NCBI GenBank assembly: GCA_964016885.1
Contig: OZ024756.1
Location: 7,750,001-7,814,000 of the forward strand
Length of the DNA: 64,000 nt
Origin: Eledone cirrhosa
Taxonomy: Eukaryota
Reading direction: 5' to 3'
The stretch's first letter is position 1; the number at the start of each line of letters is the position of its first letter. This document shows, piece by piece, positions 46,006-60,795 of the stretch. The translations under genes were made by a program, and so were the position numbers. Below the pieces are notes generated by a model, which had not been told where the DNA came from, made no database searches, and saw only the letters and a program-made list of their open reading frames with translations.

Positions 46006-47730
46006 GATGAAAGTTATTTCAGATATAACATGCAGAGGATCCAAGTCTGACTGATGTGAAGATAAAATGTTTGATGCATCATTACTTGAAGGTTTCTGTT
46101 TGAAAAGATATAAAATCTGTAGATTCGTTGGTGAAATGTAGCTTTTAAAAAGATGACCTGAACACATAGCTCAATAGGGAACCGGTATCAGAAATTCTTT
46201 GAGAATTAATTGATGTATTGAGACTCACAGAGAAAATATGTTCCAATCTAGACGGCAAGTAAGGTTCTTCAACCATATTAAATCCCGTCTATTGTAATTG
46301 CTTTTGGACATCCTCTCTGTCGACATGTAATCCCCTTTCTGTGGCCTCATCCTGACTACCTTTTAATAATGTATTTGATACTCAAGTTGATCATGTTGAT
46401 TGTAATTCACACGATTAGAAGATTAATTAATAACTAGAGATGATGTACCACCAATATCATACCTTCAAACATTAGCTATATCTTCATTTGATTGTTTTCT
46501 CTTACATTCTTCGAATGTTCCTTATTAGAGTTGATTAACATTCTAATATACGATGTACAATGCTATCCAGGATCGGAAACATTTCCCGTTTTATGAAAGA
46601 CTTAATTATGCCATCATCCTTGTATAACCACCATCATTCCTGTATAACCACCATCTAGTGGTTCTAATACCTATCATCCTTGTATAACCACCATCATCAT
46701 TGTATAACAATCATCATCCTTGTATAACCACCATCAAGTGGTGTTAACCTCCATCATCCTTGTATAACCGCCGTCAAGTGGTTCTAACCACCATCATCCT
46801 TGTCAAATCACCCTCAAGTGGTTATAAGTGCCATCATCCTTGTATAACCGCCATCATCCTTGTATAACCGCCATCCTTGTATAAGCACCATCATCCTTGT
46901 ATAACCACCATCATCCCTGTGTTTCCACCATCATTTTGTATAACCGTCATCATCCTTGTATAACTAACATCATCCTTGTATAACCACCATCATCCTTGTA
47001 TAACCACCATCAAGTGGTTTTAACCCCCACCATCCTTGTAAAGCCACCATCATCCTTGTATAACCACCATCAAGTGGTTCTAACCACTATCATCCTTGTA
47101 TAATCACATCATCCCTGTATAACCAATATCATCCCTGTATAACTACCATCATCCTTGTATAACCATCATCAAGTGGTTCTAACCACCATCATCCTTGTGT
47201 AACCACCATCAAGTGGTTCTACCCACCATGATCCTTGTGTAATCACCATCATGTGGTTCTAACCACCATCATCCTTGTCTAACCGCCATCATCCTTGTAT
47301 AATCAGCAGTATCCCTGTATAACCACCATCATCCCTATAAAACCGCCATCATGTGGTCCTAACCACCATCAAGTGGTCCAATTCGACTTTAGGCCTAATA
47401 AGACTTGAAACAATGAAGTGACCTTTCGGATGATTACAGTTCTGAGAAGGTCGTTCTTTGACTCCATCAGAGAAATCTAAAGAAATCTTACTAGATCTTC
47501 ATCAGATATATTAATGGTGATTAATAGAAATTGAAGTTTGCCTCATTTCTTTTCTTAATGGAATAAACATTTCTTTAGTAATTCCTACTTTGTAGATCTC
47601 AACTATATCATTCTATATTAATTACCACAAATAAATGTATTAATACAGATATCATGTACAGTAAAATATTTAGATTATCATAATCTTTTGTACAGCATTG
47701 CTGTAGTTTCTATTGGGATAATTCTAAATA
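46005..47730 (-). pseudogene. Degenerate Naiad-type PLE RT interrupted by a minisatellite
   Basis: Minus strand reads DIVEIY..ITKE (motif A-like), INISDEDL, LYKDDG.II (motif C) and RDLIW in the expected order. Confidence 0.55.
46610..47380. repeat. 20-bp minisatellite CATCATCCTTGTATAACCAC with alternate CATCAAGTGGTTCTAACCAC units
   Basis: Direct reading. Confidence 0.95.
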
Positions 47731-47801
47731 TATTTCCTATAAATCATATGCAGTAATATATGTATATACATATAAGTACACATATATACTTACACATATA
47801 T

Positions 47802-47834
<33 letters not shown>

Positions 47835-47855
47835 TACATATATATATATACATAC

Positions 47856-47892
<37 letters not shown>

Positions 47893-47931
47893 CATACATA
47901 TATATATATATATACATATATATATACATAC

Positions 47932-48006
<75 letters not shown>

Positions 48007-48023
48007 CATATATATATACATAC

Positions 48024-48088
<65 letters not shown>

Positions 48089-48177
48089 CATACATATATA
48101 TATATATACATACATATATATATATATACATATATATATATACATATATATACATACATATATATATATATACATAC

Positions 48178-48266
<89 letters not shown>

Positions 48267-48311
48267 CATACATATATATATACATACATATATATTTACA
48301 TACATATATAT

Positions 48312-48350
<39 letters not shown>

Positions 48351-48352
48351 CA

Positions 48353-48388
<36 letters not shown>

Positions 48389-48517
48389 CATACATATATA
48401 TATACATACATATATATATATACATACATACACACATATATATATACACACATATACACATATATATATACACACATATACACATATATATATACACACA
48501 TATACACATATATATAT

Positions 48518-48565
<48 letters not shown>

Positions 48566-48649
48566 ATATACATGTATATATACACATGTAGATATATACA
48601 CATGTATATATACACATATATACATATATATATATCCTCATATATATAA

Positions 48650-48710
<61 letters not shown>

Positions 48711-48803
48711 AAACCAAATGGTAAAATTATAATATAAAATTAAATCAAATTGTTTAGAACTACAAGTGAAGTCATTCTTTTCCTTTTTTTAATCTATATA
48801 TAT

Positions 48804-48903
<100 letters not shown>

Positions 48904-49010
48904 GTGTGCGTGCGTGTACATGTTTGTCTATATTTATACATAAATTATATTGTCATGAAATATGATTTACTATATGTTTCCGTTTACTATTTCAATTATT
49001 CGTGATTAGG

Positions 49011-49093
<83 letters not shown>

Positions 49094-49241
49094 TAAAGGT
49101 AAGCAGTGTCTTACTATTTTCAAGAGAAATAGTTGGATGTATTCTTTAGAAAGTAAAACACTTTGTTTATATTTTAAAATATTAAAGATAACATTCAACA
49201 AAGTTGGATCTAATACAGAACCGCTGAAACGAGAATATATT

Positions 49242-49284
<43 letters not shown>

Positions 49285-49358
49285 TAGTAGTAGTAGTAGT
49301 AGTAGTTGTAGTAGTAGTAGTAGTAGTCATTCATTTTTATTATTATTAATGTCATCAA

Positions 49359-50425
49359 GGGCGGTGGATTGGCAGTATCGGTAGAGCGTCGGACGCCATG
49401 CTAGGGCGGTGGATTGGCAGTATCGGTAGAGCGTCGGACGCCATGCTAGGGCGGTGGATTGGCAGTATCGGTAGAGCGTCGGACGCCATGCTAGGGCGGT
49501 GGATTGGCAGTATCGGTAGAGCGTCGGACGCCATGCTTTGCAGCATATTTACGCCGAGTTTTACTCTGCCTTTCATTCTTACGGGGTCGATAAAAATAAG
49601 TACCAGTAATGCACCTGGGTATTTGCTGGCCTTGTGCCTAAAGTAGAAATTATTATTATTAATGTCATTAGGCCGGTGGAGTGGCAGAATTGGTAGAGCG
49701 TCGGTGGCATATAGTTACGGCCCTTTACATCCACAGCTCAAATCTCACCGAGGTCAGTTTTGCTTTTCATCTTTACGAAGTCGATAAAATAAAGTACCAG
49801 TAATACACTTCGGGCGATTTAATCAACTTTCCCCTCACTTAAAATTGCTGGCCTTGTGCCTAAATCAGCAACCATTATTATTATGAGTTCAAATCCCGCC
49901 GAGGTTAACTTTGCCTTTCAGCCTTACGAGGTCGATAAAATAAAGTACCAGTAATGTACTGGGTTATTGCTGGCCTTGTGCCTAAAGTAGAAACAATTAT
50001 TATTATTGTTATTATTCAAGGCAGCAGTGGGAACGGTCGGACGCCATCCTTTGCAGCATCGAGTTACGGCCTTTATGTTCTGAGTTCAAATCCGACCGTG
50101 GTTGACTTTGCCTTTCATCCTTACGGGGTGTATAAAATAAAGTACCAGTCACGCACTGGGTCGACTTAATAGACTTTCCCCTCCCCTAAAATTGCTAGCC
50201 TTGTGCCTATATAAGAAACCATTATTTAAGGCAGTGGATTACCAGTATCGGTAGAGAGTCGGACAATATGCTTTGCAGAATAGATTTACGTCCCCTTACA
50301 GTCTCAGTTCAAATCCCGCCGAGGCTAGCTTTGCCTTTCATTGTTACGGGACAGTTAAAATAAAATATCAGTAATACACTGGTGTAATTGCTGGCCTTGT
50401 GCCAAAAGTAGAAACCATTATTATT
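49359..50425 (+). mobile_element. Head-to-tail array of five SINE copies; the first has four 45-bp copies of its 5' head
   Basis: A-box TGGCAGTATCGG, B-box GAGTTCAAATCC, (ATT)n tails. Confidence 0.9.
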
Positions 50426-50744
50426 TTAAATTCTGCTGTGATTAAAACTACATTTATCCGACGCTACGTCTGCACATTACTTCTAAAGAAATTAACACAT
50501 CAAAGAATGCCTAAACTATTTCGGACATGTTGTGTGAAGAGAATAGAGATGATCTAATGGTGATATGATTGTCTTATAAATGTCTTTTACAACTTGAGAA
50601 TGTCTTGTAGTGGGTAGGATGTCTTGTAGTGGGGAGTCAGAAGTCATGTCGACAGGACTGACAAAATATGAGAAATATATGACCACACCCTCCTCCTCCT
50701 CCCCTCTCATCTCCATATATTTCCTTTTCCTTCACACTCTCATC

Positions 50745-50814
<70 letters not shown>

Positions 50815-51195
50815 TCTATTTATCTATCTATCTGTCTATCTATCTTTCTCTTTCACTCTCTCTCTCTCACTCACTCACACTCACACTCTCTCTCTATCTC
50901 ACTCACTCACTCACTCACTCTCTCTCTCTATCTCACTCACTCACTCTATCTCTCTCTTTCATCTCTCACTCTCTCTCTCTCTCTCTCTTTCATCTCACTC
51001 TCTCTCTCGCTCTCTCATCTCCAGCGCTCTCTCTCTCTCTCTCTCTTTCCGGCTCTCTCTGGAAGCACATATACGCACACTCATACATACACACACACAC
51101 GCATACACACTCACAAACACACAAGTACGTTATAAATATATTTGTGTGGGTATGAGGGAGTGTGTGTGTGTGTCTATATATATGTGTGTGTTTCC

Positions 51196-51229
<34 letters not shown>

Positions 51230-51391
51230 ATACACACACACACGAGCAACCGAGGATATAATGAATATTTTCCCTATAATCCGGTTTAACTATCCATAGT
51301 TAGTGGAGTTAGAGAGTCCACTATCCAAGGAAAACTTCAACCGTTTAAGGTATTTTTCTTGGTTATGTCAAAATTTATAAAACACACTTTC

Positions 51392-51453
51392 TATTTTATC
51401 TGATGAAAGCGTACCAAAGTTGTTGGTACCCTTGAAATATATATAATAGAATA
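51392..51453 (+). ncRNA. Minimal type I hammerhead in a solo Naiad-family pLTR (about 51300-51592)
   Basis: tattttat-CTGATGA-aagcgtacca/tggtaccctt-GAAA-tatata-TA-atagaata. Confidence 0.8.
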
Positions 51454-51590
51454 AATATGGTTTTATAAATATAGTTTTCCATTTATTTAATATCATTGAA
51501 TATTATACTCCAGAAAACTTGTCGAGTGCTCTGAATCAGTTATAAACATTTATATTTGTTGAATTAACAACAAATTGAATATCCCTTCTA

Positions 51591-51649
<59 letters not shown>

Positions 51650-51754
51650 TTTCTTCCTCCAAGTCTATTGAGCACTTGCCGGCATATCGCGAAATTGCGT
51701 TTCGTTTTGTTTTGGACGCCGCCGAAATACGATCTCGATGAAATTATACTTATA

Positions 51755-54255
51755 TATATAGTAAAACTGTAGATTAGATAATATAGAGAGTGTGATATAG
51801 TAAGACTATAAATTAGATAATATAGAGAGTGTGATATATATAGTAAGACTATTGATTAGATAATGTAGAGAGTGAGATATAGTAAGAATATGGATTAGAT
51901 AATCTATAGTCTTACTATATCACACTCTCTACATTATCTAATCTATCATCTTACTATATATATATCTCACTCTCTACATTATCTAATCTATAGTTTACTA
52001 TATCACTCTCTCTACATTATCTAATGTATAGTCTGACTATATCTCACTCTCTACATTATCTAATCTATAGTGTTACTCTATATATCACACCCTCTACATT
52101 ATCTAATCTATATTCTTACTATATATCTCTCTCTACATTATCTCATCTATAGATTAGATAATGTAGAGAGTGTGATATATATAGTAAGACTATAGATTAG
52201 ATAATGTAGAGAGTGTGATATAGTAAGACAATAGATTAGATAACGTAGAGGGTGAGATATATATAGTAAGACTATAGATTAAATAACATAGAGAGTGAGA
52301 TATATATAGTAAGACTATAGATTTGATAATGTTGTGAGTGCAATATAGTAATACTATACATTAGATAATGTAGAGAGTGTGATATAGTAAGACTATAGAT
52401 TAGATAATGTTGAGATTGAGATATATATAGTAAGACTATAGATTAGATAATGTAGAGAGGGTATTATATATAGTAAGACTATAGATTAATAAATGTAGAG
52501 AATGTGATATAGTAACACTATATAGTAGATAATATAGAGAGTATGATATATATATTAAAACTATAGATTAGATAATGTACTGAGAGTGATATATTAAGAG
52601 TATAGACCAGATAATATAGAGAGTGTGATATATATAGTAAGACTATTGATTAGATAATGTAGAGAGTGAGATATAGTAAGAATATGGATTAGATAATCTA
52701 TAGTCTTACTATATCACACTCTCTACATTATCTAATATATAGTATTACAATATCTCCCTCTCTACATTATCTAATCTATCATCTTACTATATATATCTCA
52801 TTCTCTACATTATCTAATCTATAGTTTACTATATCACTCTCTCTACATTGTATTATGTATAGTCTTACTATATCTCACTCTCTACATTATCTAATCTATA
52901 GTGTTACTCTATATATCACACTCTCTACATTATCTAATCAATTGTCTTACTACATATATCACACCCTCTACATTATCTAATCTATATTCTTACTATATAT
53001 CTCCTTCTACATTATCTCATCTATAGATTAGATAATGTAGAGAGTGTGATATATATGGTAAGACTATAGATTAAATAACATAGAGAGTGAGATATATATA
53101 GTAAGACATTAGATAATGTTGTGAGTGCAATATAGTAATACTATACATTAGATAATGTAGAGAGTGTGATATAGTAAGACTATAGATTAGATAATGTAGA
53201 AGTGTGATGTAGTAAGATTATATATTAGATAATGTTGAGAGTGAGATATATATAGTAAGACTATAGATTAGATAATGTAGAGAGGGTGCTATATATAGTA
53301 AGACTATAGATTAATAAATGTAGAGAATGTGATATAATAACACTATATAGTAGATAATATAGAGAGTATGATATATATATTAAAACTATAGATTAGATAA
53401 TGTACAGAGAGTGATATATTAAGACTATAGCCCAGATAATATACATAGTGTGATCTATATAGTAAGACTATAGATTAGATAATGTAGAGAGTGAGATATA
53501 GTCAGACTATATATTAGATAATGTAGAGTGTGTGATATAGTAAGACTATAGATTAGATAATGTAGAGAGTGAGATATAGTAAGAATATAGATTAGATAAT
53601 CTATAGTGTTACTATATCACACTCTCTACATTATCTAATCTATAGTCTTACCATATCACACTCTCTACATTATCTCATCTATAGTCTTACTATATCACAC
53701 TCTCTACATTATCTAATTTATATTGTTACTATAGATATCTCACTCTCTACATTATCTAATCTATAGTCTTACTATATATATCACAATCTCTACATTATCT
53801 AATCTATAGTCTTACTATATATATCTCACTCTCTACATTATCTAATCTTACTATATCACTTACTATATCACTCTCTCTACATTATCTAATCTATAGTCTT
53901 ACTATATCACTCTCTCTACATTATCTAATATATAGTCTTACTATATCTCACTCTCTACATTATCTCATCTATAGATTAGATAATGTAGAGGATGTGATAT
54001 AATAAGACTATAGATTAGGTAATGTAGAGAGTGTGATATATATATTAAAACTATCGATTAGTTAATGTAGAGAATGTGATATAGTAAGACTATATAGTAT
54101 ATAATTGTTGAGAGTGTGATATATATAGTAAGACTATAGATTAGATAATGTAGACGGTGACATATAGTAAGACTATAGATTAGATAATGAAGGGAGTGTG
54201 ATATACTAAGACTATAGATTAGATAATGTAGAGTGAGATATATATTGTAAGACCT
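51755..54255. repeat. 39-43-bp satellite with six orientation switches
   Basis: Unit ATAGATTAGATAATGTAGAGAGTGTGATATAGTAAGACT alternates with its reverse complement. Confidence 0.95.
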
Positions 54256-54567
54256 TAAGCACTTACTGATGAATGATGGTTCCTGGTCTAGATGATACTT
54301 GTTACTGGGAACGATAATTGGTGATTGGACCCAATCATTGGATATTATAGGCATCATATTCTGGAATTATCATGAAACCGCCGTATATGTTAGCTTTAGG
54401 CAATTTTGACTTAATTCTTTCTATGAGTGAGTACATTACGTGGGTAAAAATTCTGAAGACACGAATGCAAGGACAATATCCGGTCATCGGCTGTCTTCTG
54501 TGGAGCGTCATAGTTTTGAATGCATTAAAGACGGACTGTTCACCACTGTGCATTATATATATTTGTA

Positions 54568-54735
54568 TAATTGTTTCTACTTTTTGGCACAAGGCCAGCA
54601 ATTACCCAGTACATTACTGGTACTTTATTTTATCGACCCCGTAAGGATGAAAGGCAAAGTCAACCTCAGCGGGATTTGAACTCAGATCGTTAAGGGACGT
54701 AACTATGCTGGAAAGCATGGCATCCGACCCTCTAC
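54568..54735 (-). mobile_element. tRNA-derived SINE
   Basis: Same family as 49359-50425. Confidence 0.85.
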
Positions 54736-54747
54736 TATATATTTGTA

Positions 54748-55365
54748 TAATGCAATGAAATATCTATGATCGTCGGCAAATCACTGATGAGGCACTTATT
54801 TTATTACATGTTATCCATGTGCAACCAGCAGTATTCTTCTCCCCATTTTTTCACATATATTTACCTAAACTGCGATTCTGTTTTTTTCTCTCTCTCTCTC
54901 TTACTGCTCCCTCGCTCTCTCTGTTTCTCCTACTTTCTTTCGCCCCCTCTGTCATGTCAGTTAACTCTTCCTCACACTTCCACTCATTCACTCACTGTTT
55001 CTCCTCTTCTCACTTCACCCCGTTCGCGACGAAATCATTTTCTCTCTTTCTCACATTTGAATTCGCTCCTGAAAGGTCTTTGTTCTAAGCGCTCATATAT
55101 TCACCTAGCTTATGCTAACAGAATAACTATGAAGCTTGTTCTCTTCCTTCTACGGTTAGCTATCCTCTTTGTTGTTATCTTGTTTCACTCGCTTTACGCG
55201 TTTTAATTGTCCTAATAACTTAATTTAGTTATTATTGCACCGACGTGATGTATATGATTTTTAATGCAATGAAATATCTATGATCGTCGGCAAATCACTG
55301 ATGAGGGACTTATTTGATTACATGTTATCCATGTGCAACCAGCAGTATTCTTCTCCCCATTTTTT

Positions 55366-55372
<7 letters not shown>
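54748..55372 (+). mobile_element. Non-coding 514-bp-period partial tandem element carrying the permuted hammerhead (55208-55309)
   Basis: Direct repeats 54748-54860 and 55262-55372; ends in (TA)n. Confidence 0.7.
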
Positions 55373-55399
<27 letters not shown>

Positions 55400-55405
<6 letters not shown>

Positions 55406-55592
55406 AAGAATATTTTCGAAACAGCGAGCGAGTTTGAAATTATGTAATTCAATTTTAAAATAATTTCTTTTGTGGACCTTTACATTTTCTAGGTATAAAG
55501 GGTTCAGTTCTATTTTGGATGCCTAATTTATAAATAATTTCAGAAGCTTCTCTATTTAAAGTTGAAAGATCTTCGTTAATGAATGTTTTATA
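55400..55592 (-). pseudogene. Naiad-type PLE pre-RT fragment
   Basis: YKTF..LNREASEIIYKLGIQNRTEPF resembles the segment preceding the K.HK motif. Confidence 0.45.
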
Positions 55593-55607
55593 TATAATAT
55601 GTATATA

Positions 55608-55653
<46 letters not shown>

Positions 55654-55657
<4 letters not shown>

Positions 55658-55696
55658 TCCTGATGAAGGGTAATGACCCGGAAACATGTTCATTGT
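55654..55696 (+). ncRNA. Minimal hammerhead with palindromic stem III loop
   Basis: acagtc-CTGATGA-a-gggt/accc-g-GAAA-catg-TT-cattgt. Confidence 0.65.
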
Positions 55697-55836
55697 TCCT
55701 CACAGCCAGTGTTGAACAAACAGGTGATGATCCGTCACCGGCACAACTTCAACGTTTGTTTACAAACGAATCGAACATTATTATTAATATTCGATATAAC
55801 CCATACGTACATATGTATATATGTGTGTATGTATAC

Positions 55837-55868
<32 letters not shown>

Positions 55869-55989
55869 ATGTTTGTGCGTGTACGTGTGCATACTTATAT
55901 ATATATATTTATGTTTATATACATATATATAATATATATATATATGGAGGACATTGTAGTTTACTTGAAGTATTGCGTAGTCGCGTATA

Positions 55990-57030
55990 AACGTTTGGAG
56001 GAGACCAAACACGAGGCACTAACTCTGGCTTCCTGAAGCTCCCACACTTCAGTGACGAAACAATGACAGCCATCCGCAGAGCTATCGGGCGAGAAGGACT
56101 AGATATCCAGCTAGCCCACCCAGGAACTTCTCTACGCAGACAGCTAACCAAAAGACACTCCACCAGACATGACAGCCGCTGCAGGCTAGCCAACTGCCCC
56201 ATCAACGACACAGACCTATACCACCAGGCTTACGTCGTATACAGATTAGAGTGCGACAAATGCAGCAATTTCTACATAGGTAGCACCACCAGACCACTTC
56301 ACATTAGAATAAAAGAACACCTCAACACTAACGCTTCCTCATTTAAGAAACACCTAGTGAAATGCAAAAACACCGACAAAATCATAATAATTAGGATAGA
56401 AGCTAAGGAAAGAAACCTCGGCAATCTTAGCATTAAAGAAGCACTAATTATAGACAAAACACAACCGCCAATCAATAATAGACTAGAACTCAACACCCAG
56501 TTTTTAACATGATAGAGCATCTAGGCCCACACTTACACCTCCACGTACCATCTCTCTCACACACACACACGCACACTTATTCCTTCACTTATTCTCTCTC
56601 TCTCACACACATACACACACATAGACCAGTTTTAACATGATAGAAGATCTAGCCCCCACATTTACATATAAACATATCCTTTCACACTCACACACACACC
56701 ACTCGCACGCACACACGCATGCTTACACCTTCACGTATTCTCCCACACACACTTAGACATCCATGTCCAAAGGGAGACAACCCTTTATCCACCTAACATT
56801 CACTCTTTGACATTATACATAGAATGTAATTTCTATACTATTTCCTATCAGCATGACTTGGCAAGCTAATTAGAACACTGGATTAACCCCTTTACTTCCC
56901 TCCGAAGAAGAGATATTATCTCGAAAATTAAGGATATTCAAATAAATTTAAGGTAAAAGAATATCTTTTGCATTTGTATTTATATTCTATATCCATATCT
57001 GCATTGTTCTGGACTTCCAACTCCAAACGT
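55990..57030 (+). mobile_element. 5'-truncated PLE: GIY-YIG ORF 56063-56512, 3' UTR, degenerate HHR near 56897-56935
   Basis: VVYRLECDKCSNFYIGSTTRPLHIRIKEH..IKEALII..PPINN. Confidence 0.85.
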
Positions 57031-57471
57031 TTATATATATATATATATATAAGAGAGAGTATTGAAGTTTGCTTGAAGCATTGTGGAATAATTTTATCCT
57101 TTATACTCTTTCATTCATTCTTCCACACATCTCATACACACCACGCATCTCAACGTACACCCACTTACATCTCTCTCTCCACCACCGGATCTTGTTACCC
57201 GGAGATTTACCCATTTGCATTGCCGAGGCTTCCAAACGACTTAAAGATATTTACATATATATATATATATATTTATTTATTTATTTATATGTATATATGT
57301 ATATTTATTTATATGTATATAAAACATATCCATACGTATATATGTATATATATATAATCATATATATCGACATAAATATAGATATATATGAATATATATA
57401 GACATAAATATAGATATATATGAATATATATAGACATAAATATAGATATATATGAATATAAATAGACATAA

Positions 57472-57544
<73 letters not shown>

Positions 57545-58115
57545 CATACATCCCAAGCCATTTCAATTATGCTTTCCAAATATAAGAATAGGTAATTAAG
57601 AAAAGAAAAGTATCTGGCATTGGTAGAAGCTCTGCGAATGTTCTGGAAATCTACTGCATAAATCTGACATAAGAAGATTAGCAAAGTTTATCACTTATTG
57701 GAAAATCTCGTGGAAAGCTGTCACACACTCCACCATTGACGTTATTTCACGATAACTTCGTTTAATCATACATTTTACTACGGCACTCTTACACACACAG
57801 ACACTCTCTCTCACACTCTCTCTCTCATCCCCCCTCCCCTCTTCTCTCACTCTGATATATATATATAAACACAAACATTAATAAATGTATGGATATATAT
57901 ATATGTGTGAGCGTATATATGTAGTGTATATATATATGTATGTATAAATATGTGTGTTTATATATATATATGTGTATCTATCTATATGCATATATATATA
58001 TATGTATATATACATGTATATAAATGTGTATATATATCTATCTATATGTATATAAATGTATATATATATCTATCTATATGTATATAAATATATATATATA
58101 TATATATGTATATAA

Positions 58116-58164
<49 letters not shown>

Positions 58165-58394
58165 CATATATATGTATATATGTGTATATATATATCTATC
58201 TATCTATATGTATATATGTGTATATATATATGTATGTACATATATATATGTATGTACATATATATATGTATGTACATATATATATATGTACATATATATA
58301 TCTATGTACATATATATATGTATGTACATATATATATGTATGTACATATATATATATATATGTACATATATATATATATGTACATATATATATA

Positions 58395-58433
<39 letters not shown>

Positions 58434-58467
58434 GCATACATATATGTGAGTGTGCGTGCGAGTTTTA

Positions 58468-58519
<52 letters not shown>

Positions 58520-59366
58520 CACAAAGTTTTATCAAGTAACGCTGAAATGTTAATCTCGTGGATTTTTACGATGAACTGGTGAAATGCAGAAAGCATCTTT
58601 TAGTGATTGTATGGAGATAATTTTACTGGCGATGTTATTACTGCGGAGGGGGTGGTTTAAAGAGAGGGGCTTATTGTTTCACATTCTTAAATAGTAGCTG
58701 TCTTGATCAGCAATCTCCTTGACAGTCAGTCTAATAGAAACTTGGTTAGCATTATATGCTTTCAATAACCTACTGTTTAATGATGTTATAGCAGATTGCA
58801 TGTGTTGAGGATATATTCCTAGAAAATCGCAACTACCCACACAGCCACTAACCCATCCCCCTTTTTTTTTTCATTCATCACGAAGGAGGCCATCTTGCAA
58901 AGGATCACGTATTCAGCTTCCTTCCTCTTAGATCCAAATGTCTCAGTTTAAATTATGCCTTGTTGGTTAAAATAAATATCTCTAACATAAAACAGCTGGT
59001 TTAATACGAAATCCATCACATTCATGTAAATTTAATCGATCCTCCGTCATTATCGACGGTGCATATTCTCGTGTTTCGCTAATCAAATTTACTCACTGAT
59101 TTATCGTTTACCTGATTGACTATTCCTCAAACATTTATAACCCTTAACCCCTTCGTCACCGTATTTCTAATTAAATACACTCTATTTCAATTAACTAATG
59201 AAGAAGTTTGAAACATTTACTAAAATTAATAATTATTTAATTACGAAGACAGTCGCTTAACAAATCTTAAATCATTCTAATTTAACTAGGAACACCTTAA
59301 AATGGGTGGTTTTCTTTCATTGAACCAGAGACAGTTTTGGTCGGGTTAATATCAAAAGATTCAATT

Positions 59367-59821
59367 AATGAAAAATTTTGAGGGATTTACTAAAATGTTT
59401 GAATTACTTCATTACTAAGATACCAACTTAATGTATGGTCTTATATAAAATTGTGTTTAAAGGTTTTAATTTAAATTGGAACCCTTTCAAATTGGTGGTT
59501 TTGTTTCAATGAAAAATATTGAAGGATTTACTAAAATGTTTGAATTACTTCATTACTAAGATACCAACTTAATGTATGGTTCTTATATAAAATTGTGTTT
59601 AAAGGTTTTAGTTTAAATTGGAACCCTTTCAAATGGGTGGTTTTGTTTCAATGAAAAATATTGAGGGATTTACTAAAATGTTTGAATTACTTCATTACTA
59701 AGATACCAACTTAATGTATGGTTCTTATATAAAATTGTGTTTAAAGGTTTTAATTTAAAGTGGAACCCTTTCAAATGGGTGGTTTTGTTTCAATGAAAAA
59801 TATTGAGGAATTTACTAAAAT
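59367..59821. repeat. ~142-bp tandem repeat (about 3 copies) derived from an adjacent MITE-like element (about 59146-59365)
   Basis: Periods of 141-142 bp; shares TTTACTAAAAT and AAATGGGTGGTTTT with the upstream TTAA-started segment. Confidence 0.75.
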
Positions 59822-60062
59822 TCAACCACGAAAGAATGATAGAAAAATTTAAGCTGAGCCGGATTAGAAATTAGGGAGCAGAGAGCCGGAACAAATACTG
59901 CAAGGTATATTGTCAAGAGGGAGAGACACTGCAAAGTGTGATTACTGGGCTACAGAAGACGCAGAAATAAGCATAATTATTAAGATAACAACTTAATATA
60001 TGGTTCTTATATAAAACTAGACTGTTTTCCATACGCTGACGTGTGTGTGCGTGTGTGCGTGT

Positions 60063-60097
<35 letters not shown>

Positions 60098-60795
60098 CAT
60101 ACATGTATATGCATGAGTATATAAATACAAACGTCCAAACACACACACTTACAAAAATACACACACAGACATACATTTACACACACATATACATACATTC
60201 AGACACAGCGTAGTTTTTTCACCACCCTCCTCCTTCCTTTTACACACACATACACTCACGCAAGCAGCTGACGTAAAGAGAGAGGAGTAGTATGAGGTAG
60301 TCAAACTACTCCTCTCTCTTTAGGTATTGTGACAGAATCGCAGGAAATTATATATAGATTATGTTTAAATGATTTAATTTAAATAGGAACCCTTTAAAAG
60401 GGGGGATTGTGTTTCAAAGTCGGTTTTGGCCGGGTTAGTATCCCTTTTTAAATACCCCAACAGAATCAGCATGATAAGTGTTATATATAGCTCTCCCTTT
60501 CAATTACATATGCACTCAATCCAACAAGCTTCAACGTAAGTCCGGTCTACCAAATACCCTTTTCAGGCTATGCTAATACCCCCATTAATATTATATAGTG
60601 AATAAAAGTCCTTCAGTCGATGTTCGCCTCTTTCTCCGAAAAGCCACAACGGGGTGAAGCAATTTCTAAAATGTTTGATATATTTGTCAAAGGTGGTTAA
60701 CAATTCTGATATGAAGGAAGGGTCCGGTCAAGTGTTAATAAGATTGAGTTGGAGAACGGTCTAGAAGTATATATAAACACAATGTATGTAGTATA

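Noticed and set aside
46610-47380. CRISPR-like repeat array
   Set aside because: No unique spacers, no cas genes, eukaryotic context; the same applies to 49359-49536 and 51755-54255.
49884-49905. tRNA gene at B-box sequences
   Set aside because: No cloverleaf; these are SINE heads.
60293-60300. let-7-like TGAGGTAG
   Set aside because: Only 8 nt match and it sits in the hairpin loop region.
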